From assembly GCA_018304175.1 (NCBI GenBank), contig JAGVWT010000009.1, positions 1 through 12,957 on the forward strand: DNA of 12,957 bases, in the 5' to 3' direction. The notes beneath the pieces are model-generated. The model was not told the DNA's origin and searched no databases. It worked only from the letters and a program-made list of their open reading frames with translations. The position numbers were made by a program, and so were the translations under genes. The stretch is from Candidatus Pacearchaeota archaeon. GTDB lineage: Archaea; Nanobdellota; Nanobdellia; Pacearchaeales; GW2011-AR1. Positions 1-7,072 of this stretch are shown here, piece after piece. Each line of letters opens with the position of its first letter. The first letter of the stretch is position 1.

Positions 1-217
1 CTTTCATGGCGTTAAAAAACAAATAAGGATAACTTGGAAATTGCTTATGAAAATAAGTGCCGACTATCCAAAGAGAAACAAGAGTGTAAAACTCTTCATC
101 CATGTCCATATACTCTTCAATAATGGCTTTTATCTTAGCAAAATATCTCGCTAATCCTTCGTCTTTTGAAAGAATTATCTCCATATCTTTTTTTGTGAAT
201 ATTTTTTCCCCAGTCAT
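1..217 (-). CDS. Partial gene (runs off the left edge): probable P-loop NTPase / DUF3631-like replication-associated protein of the integrated element
   Basis: Not in the ORF track. The ATG at 217 overlaps the stop of the upstream ORF (ATGA) and the frame is open to the edge: MTGEKIFTKKDMEIILSKDEGLARYFAKIKAIIEEYMDMDEEFYTLVSLWIVGTYFHKQFPSYPYLFFNAMK(G). LW..TY...F...PYL followed by a beta-strand is the pattern that precedes the Walker A in DUF3631-type proteins. The Walker A itself would lie just outside the window. Confidence 0.6.
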   Translation of the reverse strand, partial: MTGEKIFTKKDMEIILSKDEGLARYFAKIKAIIEEYMDMDEEFYTLVSLWIVGTYFHKQFPSYPYLFFNAMK

Positions 218-462
218 TCCTTACTCCTTAAAATTTTTATTCCATGAAAGCGAACTATTTCAATAAACCCAAAATCAGAAAGAATAAACAACAGCTCCCA
301 AGCTTCTTTTTTCTTTATAGAGAATGAACGACAAAGTTTCTCAAAAAGTATAGGGAATCTTATAATCTCTCCCTTGACTTTCTCACATTCCTTAATTCTT
401 ATTAATGCAAGACTATAAAGCCCAAATACTCGTTCTTTATTAGTTAGTGTTTGTTTGTTCAT
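214..462 (-). CDS. Small basic protein, possible winged-helix DNA-binding protein
   Basis: 82 aa ORF coupled to its neighbours. Helical core (FEKLCRSFSIKKKEAWELLFILSDFGFIEI) followed by a beta-hairpin-like VRFHGIKI. Family assignment is by eye. Confidence 0.55.
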   Translation of the reverse strand: MNKQTLTNKERVFGLYSLALIRIKECEKVKGEIIRFPILFEKLCRSFSIKKKEAWELLFILSDFGFIEIVRFHGIKILRSKE

Positions 463-565
463 TAGGTTCTGAAGGAGAAGATTTTTTCTTCTCTTTCTTT
501 TTATTTAATTCAATAATATCACTCAATTTTTCAACCCATTCAGGATTGGTTTTCAGTTTTTGCAT
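440..565 (-). CDS. Hypothetical 41 aa Lys-rich protein
   Basis: MQKLKTNPEWVEKLSDIIELNKKKEKKKSSPSEPNEQTNTN. It overlaps both flanking ORFs in an operon-like arrangement and is below the ORF-track cutoff. Confidence 0.35.
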   Translation of the reverse strand: MQKLKTNPEWVEKLSDIIELNKKKEKKKSSPSEPNEQTNTN

Positions 566-677
566 TTTCTATTTCTTTTAGATTCCTCCAAATTATAGAA
601 TTATAAGATTCATCACCGATTTTCAAATTCTTTAAGAGCTCGTCGGTGTTTTCCTTGATTACAATCTGTTTTGTCAT
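540..677 (-). CDS. Small ribbon-helix-helix-like (CopG/antitoxin-like) regulator, 45 aa
   Basis: MTKQIVIKENTDELLKNLKIGDESYNSIIWRNLKEIENAKTENQS. Alternating beta-strand (KQIVIK), then a helix, then a LK...ESY..II.R pattern typical of small archaeal RHH proteins. Below the ORF-track cutoff. Confidence 0.55.
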   Translation of the reverse strand: MTKQIVIKENTDELLKNLKIGDESYNSIIWRNLKEIENAKTENQS

Positions 678-698
678 AACAAAATCAATTCCAATAAA

Positions 699-706
699 TA
701 TTTAAA
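699..706. promoter_or_regulatory. Putative shared bidirectional TATA box between the divergent ORFs starting at 677 (-) and 728 (+)
   Basis: TATTTAAA lies about 22 nt from each ATG in a 50 bp divergent gap, which fits leaderless archaeal transcripts. Confidence 0.35.
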
Positions 707-727
707 CAAGTCTGCAATACTTCTATT

Positions 728-1006
728 ATGGGAAACGAGGTAGGACAAGGACATAGAACTGACAGAGATGGGAAAAAATGGGGTAATACCCGTAAGGTCT
801 CCCGTGATGGGACAATTTCTGTTCCATCTCCATCAGAACACAAGGGAAAATCATTTGAGGGAGTTGAGACGAAGAATGCCCTTGCATTTTCAGTTTCTGG
901 AGCGCTTGTTACTGGGGAAGGATATAGACAAGGTTGGGAAGATATCAAAAATTTGGCGGAAATGAAACTAAAAGAAATGCCTGAACCTAAGAAATCTTCT
1001 TCTTAA
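728..1006 (+). CDS. Hypothetical 92 aa protein, possible AbrB/SpoVT-like swapped-hairpin regulator
   Basis: ORF divergent from the RHH operon and convergent with, and overlapping, the integrase end. RKVSRDGTISVP resembles the AbrB-type RKV..G.I.IP motif, but only weakly. Confidence 0.45.
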   Translation: MGNEVGQGHRTDRDGKKWGNTRKVSRDGTISVPSPSEHKGKSFEGVETKNALAFSVSGALVTGEGYRQGWEDIKNLAEMKLKEMPEPKKSSS

Positions 1007-2124
1007 TCAAGTTCAAAATCTCTTTATCTTTTAGTAGCTTATTCATAATCTCGTCGGCTTGACTTCTTTTCAAATCGTTTTCAATTAACATTTCAGACTC
1101 TTTTTTATCTAAAGGAAACCCACAAATTTTACAAAACCTATTTGTTGCTTCATTAGTAGTTTTACATTTCAGGCATTTTTTAGGCTTCATTAAAGGCTCT
1201 TTCTTTTCTTTCTCTACCCTAATCCCATTCATTTCCAAGATAGTTTCGTCTGTTTCCTTTCCAGACATATGGATATAGATTCCAGCCATCTTACTTGATT
1301 GTGTCCATCCAAGATAATGTTTAAGAGCTGAATCACTCATCTTATTAGCTAAAAGTGTCGCTCTAGAATGTCTTAACAAGTGCAGATAAATTCTTTTTTT
1401 AATTTCCGCTCTTTTACTTGCAGTTTTTAATATTGACATAATCCTTGCATAGCTAATGGTTTTCGTGTTTTGTCCGCACCAAAGAAAAGCTTCAGAATCT
1501 TCATTAAAAGGATGTTGGTTAATCCATTCTTGTAAATAAGGGGCAGAGTTAATAACAAGAATTTTTCTCATTCCAGTTTTACCATTAACAACAAGCCTTG
1601 CTCCATACTCTTCAAAAGAAATATGTTTAATTTTCATAGTGCCGATTTCAGAAACTCTACATCCAGATTCCGCAAGTGTTGAAATTAAAGCTTTATCTCT
1701 TATGGTTTTGCAGTGTTGAATAATTCTGATTATCTCTTTTTCTGTTAATAATTCTTCAGGGAGTTTCTTATGATTGTTGGGGATGTTAATAGAAATCCAT
1801 TCAACTTCAGAGGGATAAGTTCCTTTTTCTTAACATAATCTTAAAAGTTTTTTTTGTTTCTTCAGATAAATCTGTTTGGTTAAGCTTACCAATAATAGCC
1901 CTTATATCTTGCTCTGTGGCTTCAGAGAAAGGTTTAGAGAGCATTTTAGAGAACTTCATAACATCCCCTAAATATCTCTCAATTTTCGCTATTCCTATAC
2001 CTTCGCTTAATAAATAGTCTTTAAAGTTTAGAATTGTCTTTTTATTGTCGTCGGTAATTTCTTTAGAGTCCTTAATTCTTTGTAAGCTTCTTTCAAATCT
2101 TTGTTTGTAGTTGTGTATATCCAT
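987..2124 (-). pseudogene. Tyrosine recombinase/integrase with C-terminal zinc ribbon, broken by a +1 frameshift near 1824
   Basis: 2124-1825 encodes the N-terminal SAM-like domain (MDIHNYKQRFERSL...KIMLRK). A second frame, open from 1829 to 987, reads KGTYPSEVEWISINIPNNHKKLPEELLTE...ESGCRVSEI...GKTG...HLLRHSRAT...LGW...IYIH...CLKC...CKIC. All catalytic residues (R, K, HxxR, W, Y) are present. The first ATG in that frame (1637) lies after the catalytic Arg. Confidence 0.85.
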
Positions 2125-2128
2125 GTTA

Positions 2129-2166
2129 CCCGTAAATAATCATGGCTCTTAAACCACGATTACGGG
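2129..2166 (-). promoter_or_regulatory. Inverted repeat centred on the putative integrase TATA box
   Basis: The minus strand reads CCCGT-AATC-G-TGG[TTTAAGAG]CCA-T-GATT-(ATTT)-ACGGG, followed by TAAC and the ATG. TTTAAG (2153-2148) sits about 24 nt before the ATG at 2124. Confidence 0.5.
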
Positions 2167-2184
2167 CACATAACAAATTCGGAA

Positions 2185-2257
2185 CGCCCCGACCGGGATT
2201 CGAACCCGGGTCGCCGCCGTGAAAGGGCAGTATTCTTGGCCTCTGAACTATCGGGGC
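2185..2257 (-). tRNA. tRNA-Glu (UUC), no intron, CCA not encoded
   Basis: Acceptor GCCCCGA/TCGGGGC plus G73, D-arm GTTC/GAAT, anticodon arm CTGCC-CT-TTC-AC-GGCGG, T-arm CCGGG-TTCGAAT-CCCGG. Confidence 0.95.
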
Positions 2258-2369
2258 ATTGCTCCAAAAGTTCTCCGCGATTTCGTCGGAGGCAATTTGA
2301 AATCGCCGTTCCGCGTTTCGAGGAAGTTGAAAAGAAACCATCGGGTTTCTTTTGCTGAACTATCGGGGC
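2243..2369 (-). repeat. 15 bp exact direct repeat of tRNA-Glu nt 1-15 (2243-2257 and 2355-2369) enclosing a 97 bp structured spacer
   Basis: CTGAACTATCGGGGC occurs at both positions on the + strand. The spacer has the perfect IR AAAAGAAACC-CGAT-GGTTTCTTTT and the pair GCGATTTC/GAAATCGC. Confidence 0.9.
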
Positions 2370-2392
2370 TTTTTTATACTGGGGGATTTTAA

Positions 2393-2400
2393 TTTTTAAA
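2393..2400 (-). promoter_or_regulatory. Putative TATA box for the tRNA-Glu locus
   Basis: TTTAAAAA with purine-rich upstream sequence lies 24 nt before the upstream 5'-end copy (2369). There is no TATA-like sequence at the matching distance from the intact tRNA (2257). Confidence 0.5.
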
Positions 2401-2419
2401 GATTGTCTTTATTGTACCT

Positions 2420-2434
2420 GCTCGCTTTGCTCGC
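2420..2434 (-). repeat. REP-like mini-hairpin GCGAGC-AAA-GCGAGC with tandem G.A pairs
   Basis: The + strand GCTCGCTTTGCTCGC is a GC-rich island in an AT-rich intergenic region. Confidence 0.4.
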
Positions 2435-2641
2435 TTAATTCACTCACTATGTTTGATATTTTACATAGCTATTAATTAAAAGACTATAAATTTATACATT
2501 AACTAAAAAATCAATATCTGAACGACTTCGGAGTGAAGCAATTTTTTATCTTTAAAGTCAAACAAAATAATCGCTTTCTAAACAAAGCCACTTCCTACGG
2601 CAAAGTTTTAAATATGAAAAATTGATGTTTTTAATATTGAT

Positions 2642-2763
2642 GAGCCTGTAGCTCAGCCTGGTTAGAGCACTGCTCTTATACGATTGCAATTCAATGGGAT
2701 TGTAATTCTCTAGGATTCGTCTAAGAGAGGCAGGGGTCCGAGGTTCAAATCCTCGCAGGCTCA
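2642..2763 (+). tRNA. tRNA-Ile (UAU) with a 47 nt canonical 37/38 intron (2681-2727)
   Basis: Acceptor GAGCCTG/CAGGCTC plus A73, D-arm GCTC/GAGC, anticodon arm CTGCT-CT-TAT-A^A-GGCAG, T-arm CGAGG-TTCAAAT-CCTCG. A clean bulge-helix-bulge is formed by the helix CTTA(2675-2678)/TAAG(2722-2725) with 3 nt bulges TA^C and AG^A. TATA box TTTAAATA at 2607-2614. Confidence 0.92.
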
Positions 2764-2769
2764 TTAGAA

Positions 2770-3183
2770 TCATTTAATCCTCAATTCTTTTCCAAAATAA
2801 TCCTTCACAATTTTCTGCAACTCAATTAATCGCCTTTTGTTTCTTCCAATTAAAATCGCTTTATTCTGACTTCCAGCAATTAAAATTATCTCGTTGCCTT
2901 TTATCTCCAATTCCCTAAATGTTGCAGGATTTACAATCGCCTCAATAAATTTTCTGAGATTAATTATTCCTTCAGGATTAGGAATTATCTTTACTCTTTT
3001 TCCTATCATATAACTTACCTGCTTCACATTCTTCCCGTTTTCCCCAATAGCTCTTGAAATCATGTTTTTAGGAACGCAAAAAATCACAAAATTATTGTAG
3101 GTAAAACAGTGGCTTGTCTTGACATTTGTTATTTTTACGAAAAGATTCAGATATCTTATTTGCTGCATGTCAATTGTTTTCAT
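2770..3183 (-). CDS. nusA: Archaeal NusA (KH-domain transcription factor)
   Basis: 137 aa with two KH-type motifs (RAIGENGKNVK and LIGRNKRRL), in the usual position after rpoA''. Confidence 0.88.
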   Translation of the reverse strand: MKTIDMQQIRYLNLFVKITNVKTSHCFTYNNFVIFCVPKNMISRAIGENGKNVKQVSYMIGKRVKIIPNPEGIINLRKFIEAIVNPATFRELEIKGNEIILIAGSQNKAILIGRNKRRLIELQKIVKDYFGKELRIK

Positions 3184-3185
3184 TG

Positions 3186-6100
3186 TTAAGAATTCTTTGC
3201 TTTTACCTCAATAACCTTCTTTTCTTTTTCACTTTTCACTAATCTTCCAGTAACTTCAACAAATAAACCAGGCAATCCTGTTCCTACGGGAACTGGCTGA
3301 TTCAATATAATATTTTCTATAACACTTGTTAAGTCATCTTTGCTTCCTTTTATCGTCGCATTCACGAACTGGTTTATTGGGGTCTCAAAAGTTGCTCTTG
3401 CAAGTATTGAAGATTTCTGCGCGATTATTCCCATTCTGGTAATTCCCTTTATAATCCCTATAACTGTCATAGCGTCCGCAACCAACTCTAAATGTCTCCT
3501 GTTAATGTCAAGTCCCTGCGTATTCAAAACGCCTTGAATTTCATTGATTATTAACTGCCTCGCGGCTTCTATACCAAGAACACTAGCAACTTCATACAAA
3601 TCATTTGAAAGAGTTTTATCAGCGTCGACTTCTTTCATTTCAAATATTTTTTCCATGTTTGTTCCAAGAGTTATAACAACATAATTGCTTCCCTCTTTCA
3701 CAACCATAACTTGCTTTATTCCCTTAACTCCTGAAATTAATGAGGCTTTGATTTTTTCCTTCAGCTTGTATATCTCCTTGAATGAATATTCTCCCGCATT
3801 CACAATTATAGAATTGTCCTTTTCTCTTGCCTTGTAACCCAAATCCTTCAATCTATCAACAATTGTTTTAACAGAAGAGTGCGTCTGCTTCAATCCTTCC
3901 TTATCAATTTTTATTTCAATGCTTTTATCGGTAAAGCTGATGATTATCTCATCAGCGATTTCTTCAACAGTGATTTCTTTTATTTTCTCTGCAAACATTT
4001 TAGCATTTTTTTCATTGTTGTAATCTTTTGAAAGGTGGATTTCCATTTTCGGAGAAGAAGGTTTTTTTCTTGCGTCAAAAATTTCAATTAATTTAGGCAG
4101 TCCTGTTGTAATCTGCATTTCCTGAACTCCTGCGAAGTGGAATACATTCAATGCCATTTGTGTTGATGGCTCACCAAATGATTGTGCAGTTATGATTCCT
4201 ATTGCCTCGCCAGGATCCATTTTTCCGCCGGTGTGAAGTTTTGATATATCCACATCATCATAACCATATTTGAATTGTATTATATTATTATTACTATCTC
4301 TTATAGTACTGTCATATTCTTTTCTCAAATCCTGAATTGCATTTGCAAGTCTTCTATACAAATAACCTGACTTTGGAGTTCTCAATGCAGTATCCATCAA
4401 AGAATCACGTCCTGTTACAGCTCCGAAGAAAAATTCATCAGGCCTTAACCCTTTCATGAAAGAACTCTTGATAAATCCGCGAGATTCAGGAGAAAGTTCA
4501 TTCCTCTTAAAGAAAGGAAGTGTTCTTTTATTGTATCCAATATCAATTCTTCTCCCTAAAAGTGCCTGCTGTCCGACGCTGCACGCTATCTGTGTAATAT
4601 TCAAGATATTTCCCCCTCCTCCAGAAACAATCATGTGATTAACTGGATTATTTGCAGGAAATTCTTTTTTCGCAATTTCTCCGATTTTTGTTCTTACCTC
4701 GTTCAAAACCTGAAGAATTTTTATCTCCCTCGTATCTTCTTTTGATTTCCCGGGAATTGTTTCAAGCCTTCCTTCTTCGTAATCTTTAATTAATTCTTCT
4801 GTCTTTTTCTCTGCCTTTTTTATAACTTCATCACTTTCATTTATCGCTTTCTCATTCAAATTCAAATCTTCAATTGAAATAGTGATTCCATTATTGCTCA
4901 AATATTTCACACCGAGATTGAATGAGTTTTTTATCATGTTAAATGCTTCATCTCTTCCATGTTCTTTGTCAACTTCCATGATTAACTCTCCGTCTTCCTC
5001 TCCAAAAAGGGTTTTGTCTATCTTACCATTTAAGATTTTTCCATCTTTGATTTTCACAGAAGAGTTTGTAAAATCCACTTTTGGAATTATTTCTGAAATT
5101 AATTCTATTCCTGTAATATTTTTCTTTTTTATTTCCTTGTTGATTCCTGACATAAAAAGAAGCTGGTTTGCCTCATCAGCAGATAACTCTGCCTTTCCAA
5201 GGAGGTAATTTCCTGTCAAAGCATCTTCATCAAGTCCAAAAAGGTTAGAATTATTTTTTGGAGAAATTAAATTATTTTTTACATTGAGAATTGTTCTTGC
5301 CTCTGAACGTGCTTCCTCTGTTTGTGGCGAGTGAATATTCATTTCGTCTCCGTCAAAGTCTGCATTGTAAGGGAAAGTCACCGCTGGGTGAACTCTAAAT
5401 GTTTTTCCAGGCAAAACCCTGACAAAATGCGCCATCAAACTTCCTTTGTGTAGTGAAGGATGACGATTGAACAAAACAACATCCCCGTCGACAAGATGCC
5501 TCTCAACTTTATAACCCGGAATAAGTTCATTCATTATTTCTTCTTTTAATTCAGGAGTAATCTTCTTTCTTTTACCATCAGGCCTTATGACATAATTTGC
5601 TCCAGGATATTCCTCACCACATTCAATAAGTTTCTTCATACTATCTAAATTCATGTCGTTAACTGTCTCAGCGACGGTGATTATTCGCGCGATTTCGTAA
5701 GGAACACCAACTTCATTAAGTTCTATAGAAGGGTCAGGAGAAACAACAGTTCTTGCAGAGTAGTTTACTCTTTTTCCCGCTAAGTTTTTACGGATTCTTC
5801 CCTCTTTTCCTTTTATTCTTTCTGTGATTGTTTTCAACGGTTGTCCACTTCTATGGCGTGCAGGAGGTATTCTTGTAACGCTGTTATCGAAAAAAGTTGT
5901 TATGTGATATTGCAATAAATCCCACAAATCTATAATAATAACTTCTGCTGCTCCGGCATTCAAATTTTCCCAAAGTCTTTGATTTGCCCTGATTATATCT
6001 GAAAGTTTATGTGTTAAATCGTCTTCGCTTCTTTCTCCTGTTTCAAGAATAATACTCGGTCTTACTGTTACAGGAGGAACCAAAAGCGAAGTGAGAACTC

Positions 6101-6665
6101 CCCATTCAGGTCTTGAAGTATGTGGATTCACCCCTACTTTAGCCAATTCTTCATCAGGAATTTTAACAAGTATCTCTCTTATTTCAATCGGAAAAATTCT
6201 TTTCTTTCCGATGTAAAAATTAGTTGGCTTGTCTAACTTAACTTTTTCATTCGCTGTTACGCAATGAGGACATTTTTTTGCATCTTTCGCTTTTTTCGCT
6301 CTTTGACTCGGAGCATATTTTTTCAAATCGTTTTCAGAAACCATTAACTTTCCACATTCTTTGCAAAAACATCTCAAACCCATCTCAACTAATGGAATAT
6401 ATTTCAAATGCATAACAGGTCTTGCAAGGTCAATTCTTCCAGAATGTCCTAAGCATTCTTTCAATCGTCCTCCACATGTTCTGCATCTTACTCCAGGATC
6501 AATTGCACCAAGTCTCAAGTCCATCAAACCACCATCGACAGGATAACCATCAATATCATAAAGTTCAGGTGTGACTATTTTCGCGACGGAAAGTTTTTTG
6601 ATTTGCTCTGGGCTAAACAACGCGAATCCAATTTCAGAGATTTTTTTTCTTATTATTTTTTGCAT
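3186..6665 (-). CDS. rpoA: DNA-directed RNA polymerase subunit Rpo1, A' and A'' fused in one ORF
   Basis: Zn motifs CRTC...CLGH and CKEC...CPHC, catalytic NADFDGD (5346-5366), bridge helix DTALRTPKSGYLYRRL, and A''-type PGEAIGIITAQSFGEPSTQM and PVPVGTG, all in one 1159 aa frame. Confidence 0.97.
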   Translation of the reverse strand: MQKIIRKKISEIGFALFSPEQIKKLSVAKIVTPELYDIDGYPVDGGLMDLRLGAIDPGVRCRTCGGRLKECLGHSGRIDLARPVMHLKYIPLVEMGLRCFCKECGKLMVSENDLKKYAPSQRAKKAKDAKKCPHCVTANEKVKLDKPTNFYIGKKRIFPIEIREILVKIPDEELAKVGVNPHTSRPEWGVLTSLLVPPVTVRPSIILETGERSEDDLTHKLSDIIRANQRLWENLNAGAAEVIIIDLWDLLQYHITTFFDNSVTRIPPARHRSGQPLKTITERIKGKEGRIRKNLAGKRVNYSARTVVSPDPSIELNEVGVPYEIARIITVAETVNDMNLDSMKKLIECGEEYPGANYVIRPDGKRKKITPELKEEIMNELIPGYKVERHLVDGDVVLFNRHPSLHKGSLMAHFVRVLPGKTFRVHPAVTFPYNADFDGDEMNIHSPQTEEARSEARTILNVKNNLISPKNNSNLFGLDEDALTGNYLLGKAELSADEANQLLFMSGINKEIKKKNITGIELISEIIPKVDFTNSSVKIKDGKILNGKIDKTLFGEEDGELIMEVDKEHGRDEAFNMIKNSFNLGVKYLSNNGITISIEDLNLNEKAINESDEVIKKAEKKTEELIKDYEEGRLETIPGKSKEDTREIKILQVLNEVRTKIGEIAKKEFPANNPVNHMIVSGGGGNILNITQIACSVGQQALLGRRIDIGYNKRTLPFFKRNELSPESRGFIKSSFMKGLRPDEFFFGAVTGRDSLMDTALRTPKSGYLYRRLANAIQDLRKEYDSTIRDSNNNIIQFKYGYDDVDISKLHTGGKMDPGEAIGIITAQSFGEPSTQMALNVFHFAGVQEMQITTGLPKLIEIFDARKKPSSPKMEIHLSKDYNNEKNAKMFAEKIKEITVEEIADEIIISFTDKSIEIKIDKEGLKQTHSSVKTIVDRLKDLGYKAREKDNSIIVNAGEYSFKEIYKLKEKIKASLISGVKGIKQVMVVKEGSNYVVITLGTNMEKIFEMKEVDADKTLSNDLYEVASVLGIEAARQLIINEIQGVLNTQGLDINRRHLELVADAMTVIGIIKGITRMGIIAQKSSILARATFETPINQFVNATIKGSKDDLTSVIENIILNQPVPVGTGLPGLFVEVTGRLVKSEKEKKVIEVKAKNS

Positions 6666-6666
6666 T

Positions 6667-7071
6667 TTATCTTGATTGATACAACAACCTCCCTTCTTTC
6701 ATATCTTTCCCAAAATCTCCTCTCCCATAAGGATTATTACCTAAACAAAGTTTAACATCATCTTCAGTTAATACAAAAAAACTGAATCTATCAGAAAACT
6801 TTCCATTTATTAACCTTCTAATTTCCATAGTTATTTTTCGTGCCCGTTTATCTTGTACAATACAATCAGGGGTGTCTCTCTGATACTCTAAAGAGAGTAC
6901 AGAATATCCACTAACTCCTACTTCTAACAAAACATCAATATCTGATTTTTCAGGATCCCAATTTTTATTATTATAACTTCCAAAAACTCTTATCTCTGAT
7001 AATATAGGAACTTCTGTTTTGGCAATTTCAACCAGTTTCTCAAGTTCTTGCTCAACAATTTGTCTTTCCAT
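6667..7071 (-). CDS. Pol-beta superfamily minimal nucleotidyltransferase (MNT-like), orphan
   Basis: 134 aa with VFGSY...SDIDVLL (the GS plus DxD signature) and a C-terminal EGRLLY typical of MNT domains. It has 1 nt gaps to rpoB and rpoA. Confidence 0.8.
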   Translation of the reverse strand: MERQIVEQELEKLVEIAKTEVPILSEIRVFGSYNNKNWDPEKSDIDVLLEVGVSGYSVLSLEYQRDTPDCIVQDKRARKITMEIRRLINGKFSDRFSFFVLTEDDVKLCLGNNPYGRGDFGKDMKEGRLLYQSR

Positions 7072-7072
7072 T

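Larger units (their letters stand above)
1..2184. mobile_element. tRNA-Glu-anchored end of an integrated element (provirus- or plasmid-like), continuing beyond the left edge
   Basis: The integrase starts 61 nt downstream of the tRNA-Glu 3' end and is followed by small regulators and a P-loop replication-type gene. The distal att copy is not in the window. Confidence 0.7.

Noticed and set aside
685-965. ORFs 685-948 (-) and 768-965 (+)
   Set aside because: They are antisense or alternative-frame overlaps of 728-1006, which has the better promoter spacing and composition.
1807-1832. SSV1-type integrase split by attP
   Set aside because: There is no tRNA-derived sequence at the break, and both parts are adjacent on the same side of the tRNA.
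2126-2341. 71 aa ORF on the minus strand
   Set aside because: It runs through tRNA-Glu and its structured leader, and its peptide (PGSNPG) is just translated T-arm.
2258-2354. The tRNA-Glu and tRNA-Lys spacers as D-loop introns or MITEs
   Set aside because: I found no BHB at the repeat boundaries and no true terminal inverted repeats within the spacers. A complete tRNA exists without splicing.
2681-2727. tRNA introns as C/D box guide RNAs
   Set aside because: There is no RUGAUGA C box in either intron, and the Lys intron has only an isolated CUGA.
2558-2773. 71 aa ORF on the minus strand
   Set aside because: It is antisense to tRNA-Ile, and GFEPRTP and SALTRLSY are typical tRNA shadow translations.
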